Part shown: in pieces, positions 61,291 through 64,000 of the stretch
Numbering within the stretch: the first letter of the stretch is position 1
Layout of the letters: every line of letters begins with the position of its first letter
Assembly (NCBI GenBank): GCA_037308085.1
Contig: CP147779.1
Span: 992,001 to 1,056,000, forward strand
DNA length: 64,000 nucleotides
DNA from: Promethearchaeati archaeon SRVP18_Atabeyarchaeia-1
GTDB lineage: Archaea > Asgardarchaeota > Atabeyarchaeia > Atabeyarchaeales > Atabeyarchaeaceae
Direction: 5' to 3'
Translations under genes and position numbers: made by a program
Notes under the pieces: model-generated
Seen by the model: the letters and a program-made list of their open reading frames with translations, nothing else
What the model was told of the DNA's origin: nothing
Databases searched by the model: none

Positions 61291-62541
61291 TCAAGTTTCG
61301 AGCCAACTCGTGATCTTCTTCTGCCCTCTGAAGATTTCAAGGATCTTGCTCTTTCGTGTCCATATCTCAAGCGGCGAACTCAACCTTCGCCTCAAGTGAT
61401 AAAGTGCGCCCTCAAGACTATTGAATCTAGTCGGCTTGTTTTTCAATGCCTCGCGAAGTATCTCTCGAAATCGAAAGACTCCAAGGGGGAGCCAGTCCTG
61501 CTTGACCTCCAAGAACGCTATCACAGCCGCTTGTCTCCTGATTTGTTTCAAGTATTCCAGGGCAGGAAGTCTAGCGGCATAGTATGCTCCACCAATATTG
61601 CTCGCGTATGTTCTTCTGCCTTGGAAGAGCTCGTGGTCGGAGGCAGGCTCGGGATTTGGACCAACAAGCCAGCATTCCAAGGCCTCGAACATCCAGGCGC
61701 TTGGAAGAAACAAGGCTTGAACATTATTGTGAAGAGCCTCATGTCCAAAGAGCATGAAATCATTCGCCCAAGCAAACCTTGTGACATCTTCGTGGAGCTT
61801 CCTTCCCAGAATGTCGTCAGTGGCGGTTATACTCCATTCAGTTGGCACGAGTCTCCTCCTCTTCTTCGTTCCAAGCAGTCCTATTGAGAGTAAACGAGTG
61901 ATCTGCCTCTGTGGAATCAAGGCATTATAGAGCTCAACCATTCCTGACGTGGCTTTCAAATCAGTGTCGCTGACAATAGCATCAACTCTATTTGGCACAG
62001 CAGGATTCTCAGCCAGCTTGAGCTTGTCCATCATCGCTGAGGGACCGATGGGGATCTCGCGCGGTGAGAAAACTATTTCTAGGCTGGGCTTCTTCGAGAA
62101 CGATGCTTCTGTCTCTGTTGGGCGAGAAGCCATAACGATCTCCTGAACTGTCTGGAGCATGCGGTCTGGGTTTTGGGCTGACGTTACTTTCACGCTGGTT
62201 TTTCCTCTGATCAAGGTGAAGCGATAGCGCAGAAGATCCTCGATCTTCTTGTCGAGCCACATTTCTGGGGAATCCATGATGGCAGTCTTTTCTCCCAAGA
62301 TCGGAGGAATCAGAGGTCCGGCTAGAACCTTCGGGTAGTTCCACGTTCCCACGAACACACCCGGCGGAGAGGAACCGTGGATTGCATCCTTCAGAATAGG
62401 ATCGAGTTCCACGATAGACTTGGCCTTCACCAAGATAGGGCATATCGACTTGCCGCATAGCCTTCTGAATCCCCTGCATTGGGCGCATCTGCTGACGTGG
62501 TGGGCTTCTTGGCCATAATTCGAAAGCCTAAGCTGAGACAT
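61291..62541 (-). CDS. nreA: Nre family DNA repair protein
   Basis: 'C..CRG...LCG...CP', 'GSSPP.VFVG', 'LVPT.WSITA.D', C-terminal PIP-like QKKITSW. Confidence 0.9.
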   Translation of the reverse strand: MSQLRLSNYGQEAHHVSRCAQCRGFRRLCGKSICPILVKAKSIVELDPILKDAIHGSSPPGVFVGTWNYPKVLAGPLIPPILGEKTAIMDSPEMWLDKKIEDLLRYRFTLIRGKTSVKVTSAQNPDRMLQTVQEIVMASRPTETEASFSKKPSLEIVFSPREIPIGPSAMMDKLKLAENPAVPNRVDAIVSDTDLKATSGMVELYNALIPQRQITRLLSIGLLGTKKRRRLVPTEWSITATDDILGRKLHEDVTRFAWANDFMLFGHEALHNNVQALFLPSAWMFEALECWLVGPNPEPASDHELFQGRRTYASNIGGAYYAARLPALEYLKQIRRQAAVIAFLEVKQDWLPLGVFRFREILREALKNKPTRFNSLEGALYHLRRRLSSPLEIWTRKSKILEIFRGQKKITSWLET

Positions 62542-62667
62542 GTTTGAGCCTCTAGGGTTAACTTAGCACCGAACCCTAAATATATTCCATCTGGAGCTTA
62601 GGTTTCTCCGAAACCATGTGCGCAGAGGAGGAAATAGAGAACGGCATCAGTTGGGCGATTTCAGGTT

Positions 62668-63123
62668 ATGGCGACTCTTCAAGCTGCCAGAGCTTTTGCA
62701 CTCGGGCTCGAAGAGCCACGGGCTAAGAGTTGGGGTCTGAATCGCGCGATCTTCTACGCCGCCGCCAAGCGGGGATTCAAGGCTAAGCCTCCAGCTGAAG
62801 GATCCTTGGGTGAAATCAAGAAGAGGCCAATAGAAGAAAGTGCTGATACTTTCCATCTAGGCAGCGAGATGGCGTACAAGGTTCAGGGAAAAGATGGCAA
62901 GGCGAATTTCACGATAGGAGGAAAGGTTCAGACAGAGAGTGAGTTTCAAAGACAAATCGAATCTCGCTTTGGTGGGAAGTTCGATGAAGCGTGGAAGGAA
63001 GCGCTTGAACTGGTTAAGGAGTTTGACCGTGAAATCCTCTTATCTCAAAAGGATTTCTTCGACCTTGTGTACAAGCCAAAAAGAGATGAACTATCTGCAA
63101 AATGGACAGAGGGACTTAAATAA
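62668..63123 (+). CDS. Conserved archaeal hypothetical protein
   Basis: Clean ORF with protein-like composition; function not recognised. Confidence 0.6.
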   Translation: MATLQAARAFALGLEEPRAKSWGLNRAIFYAAAKRGFKAKPPAEGSLGEIKKRPIEESADTFHLGSEMAYKVQGKDGKANFTIGGKVQTESEFQRQIESRFGGKFDEAWKEALELVKEFDREILLSQKDFFDLVYKPKRDELSAKWTEGLK

Positions 63124-63138
63124 CGACTGAAACGATCA

Positions 63139-64000
63139 ATGCACAACAACTCTCCTATTCCGCTAGTCACACACGAGCTTTGGAAAAGGAGGTTTCCGTA
63201 TTTGGGAGACAAGGATCACGCTTCCTTCGACAGCCTCGATGCGGTTGGACCGATAACTGGTTACTCGCGAAGTTGCGTAAGTACTCATCTGTACCTTGAG
63301 AATTACAAGCTCCTGCTTGATGCTGGCCCCCTCACATGTTACACGCCTAGCTCCTCTAATGCCACCACCATATTGGTAACTCATCTTCACCATGACCACT
63401 GGACAGGACTAATAAGTCTGCTGGGCTTGAAGAAGTGCAGAGACTGCTTTGATCCTGTTCACGTGTATGCGCCAAGAGGCTCGATCTGGTTTCTGAAGTC
63501 GATGCTGATGGAGCTTGAGCGTAGGCGTGTACTAAGTATAATGCTCACTCCTGACCCAGACTCACAACAAATCATCAAAAACAGGATTCCAGTGGTTCTA
63601 CATGAGCTGGAGGGAAACCAGCATACAGAAGCCAGTGATCGGCTAATGATGGACACATTTAGTTCGTCCCATCACTGTGAAGGGGTAGGCTTCAAGTTAA
63701 GCATAAGAGGAGAAAGTAGCAAAGCCTGGACGCGACTTCTGACCTATACTGGTGATACCAGTATCGCAGCGGTAGACGAAGATGCGCTCTCATCGCCAGT
63801 GCTGATAACCGAGTGCACCTACTTGGAATCCGACAAGACACAGAAAGCGTTGGAGCGGGGGCACATGTCGCTAGATAACATAGTCGACATCGAATCAGGG
63901 TTCAAGGGGCAAAAGCTTCTTCTGATGCATTTCAAAGACAGCTACAAGAAAAAAGAGATACACGAAGCAATAGAATCACGAGAGTTCATGCGAGTAAAAC
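63139..64000 (+). CDS. MBL-fold nuclease, RNase Z (TM-type)-like; partial, runs off the window
   Basis: Translated manually: 'LLLDAG', THLHHDH, 'YTGDT', 'ITECTYL', 'GHM', 'LMHF'; no stop before base 64000. Confidence 0.8.
   Translation, partial: MHNNSPIPLVTHELWKRRFPYLGDKDHASFDSLDAVGPITGYSRSCVSTHLYLENYKLLLDAGPLTCYTPSSSNATTILVTHLHHDHWTGLISLLGLKKCRDCFDPVHVYAPRGSIWFLKSMLMELERRRVLSIMLTPDPDSQQIIKNRIPVVLHELEGNQHTEASDRLMMDTFSSSHHCEGVGFKLSIRGESSKAWTRLLTYTGDTSIAAVDEDALSSPVLITECTYLESDKTQKALERGHMSLDNIVDIESGFKGQKLLLMHFKDSYKKKEIHEAIESREFMRVK

Overview
This is a gene-dense archaeal chromosomal segment. Thermosomes, CDC48, PAC2, AMP phosphorylase, PoK/PPS and NreA mark it as archaeal; a Roadblock-like protein hints at an Asgard/TACK-related lineage (inference only). 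Most genes are housekeeping: acetyl-CoA metabolism, ABC and APC transport, tandem thermosome subunits, carAB, NAD(P)HX repair, nadA, rtcB, an intein-containing class III RNR with an NrdH-like redoxin and a separate activase, a geranylgeranyl reductase, CoA biosynthesis and amino-sugar/nucleoside salvage. No rRNA, tRNA or CRISPR array was recognised. The most interesting observation is the pantothenate/CoA cluster (pantoate kinase, phosphopantothenate synthetase, X, ketopantoate reductase, aspartate decarboxylase). It has no panB, and X is a hexulose-6-phosphate synthase-RraA/HMG-aldolase fusion. This suggests a folate-independent route to ketopantoate using channelled formaldehyde (hypothesis). 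Other highlights are an uncalled 42-aa polyacidic microprotein, a frameshifted 4x-HTH-repeat PD-(D/E)XK nuclease, a free-standing LAGLIDADG gene beside nrdD, a TFS paralogue lacking its catalytic ribbon, a catalytically dead HAD, and structured leaders upstream of both RNR loci. All product calls come from motif recognition by eye, without database searches.
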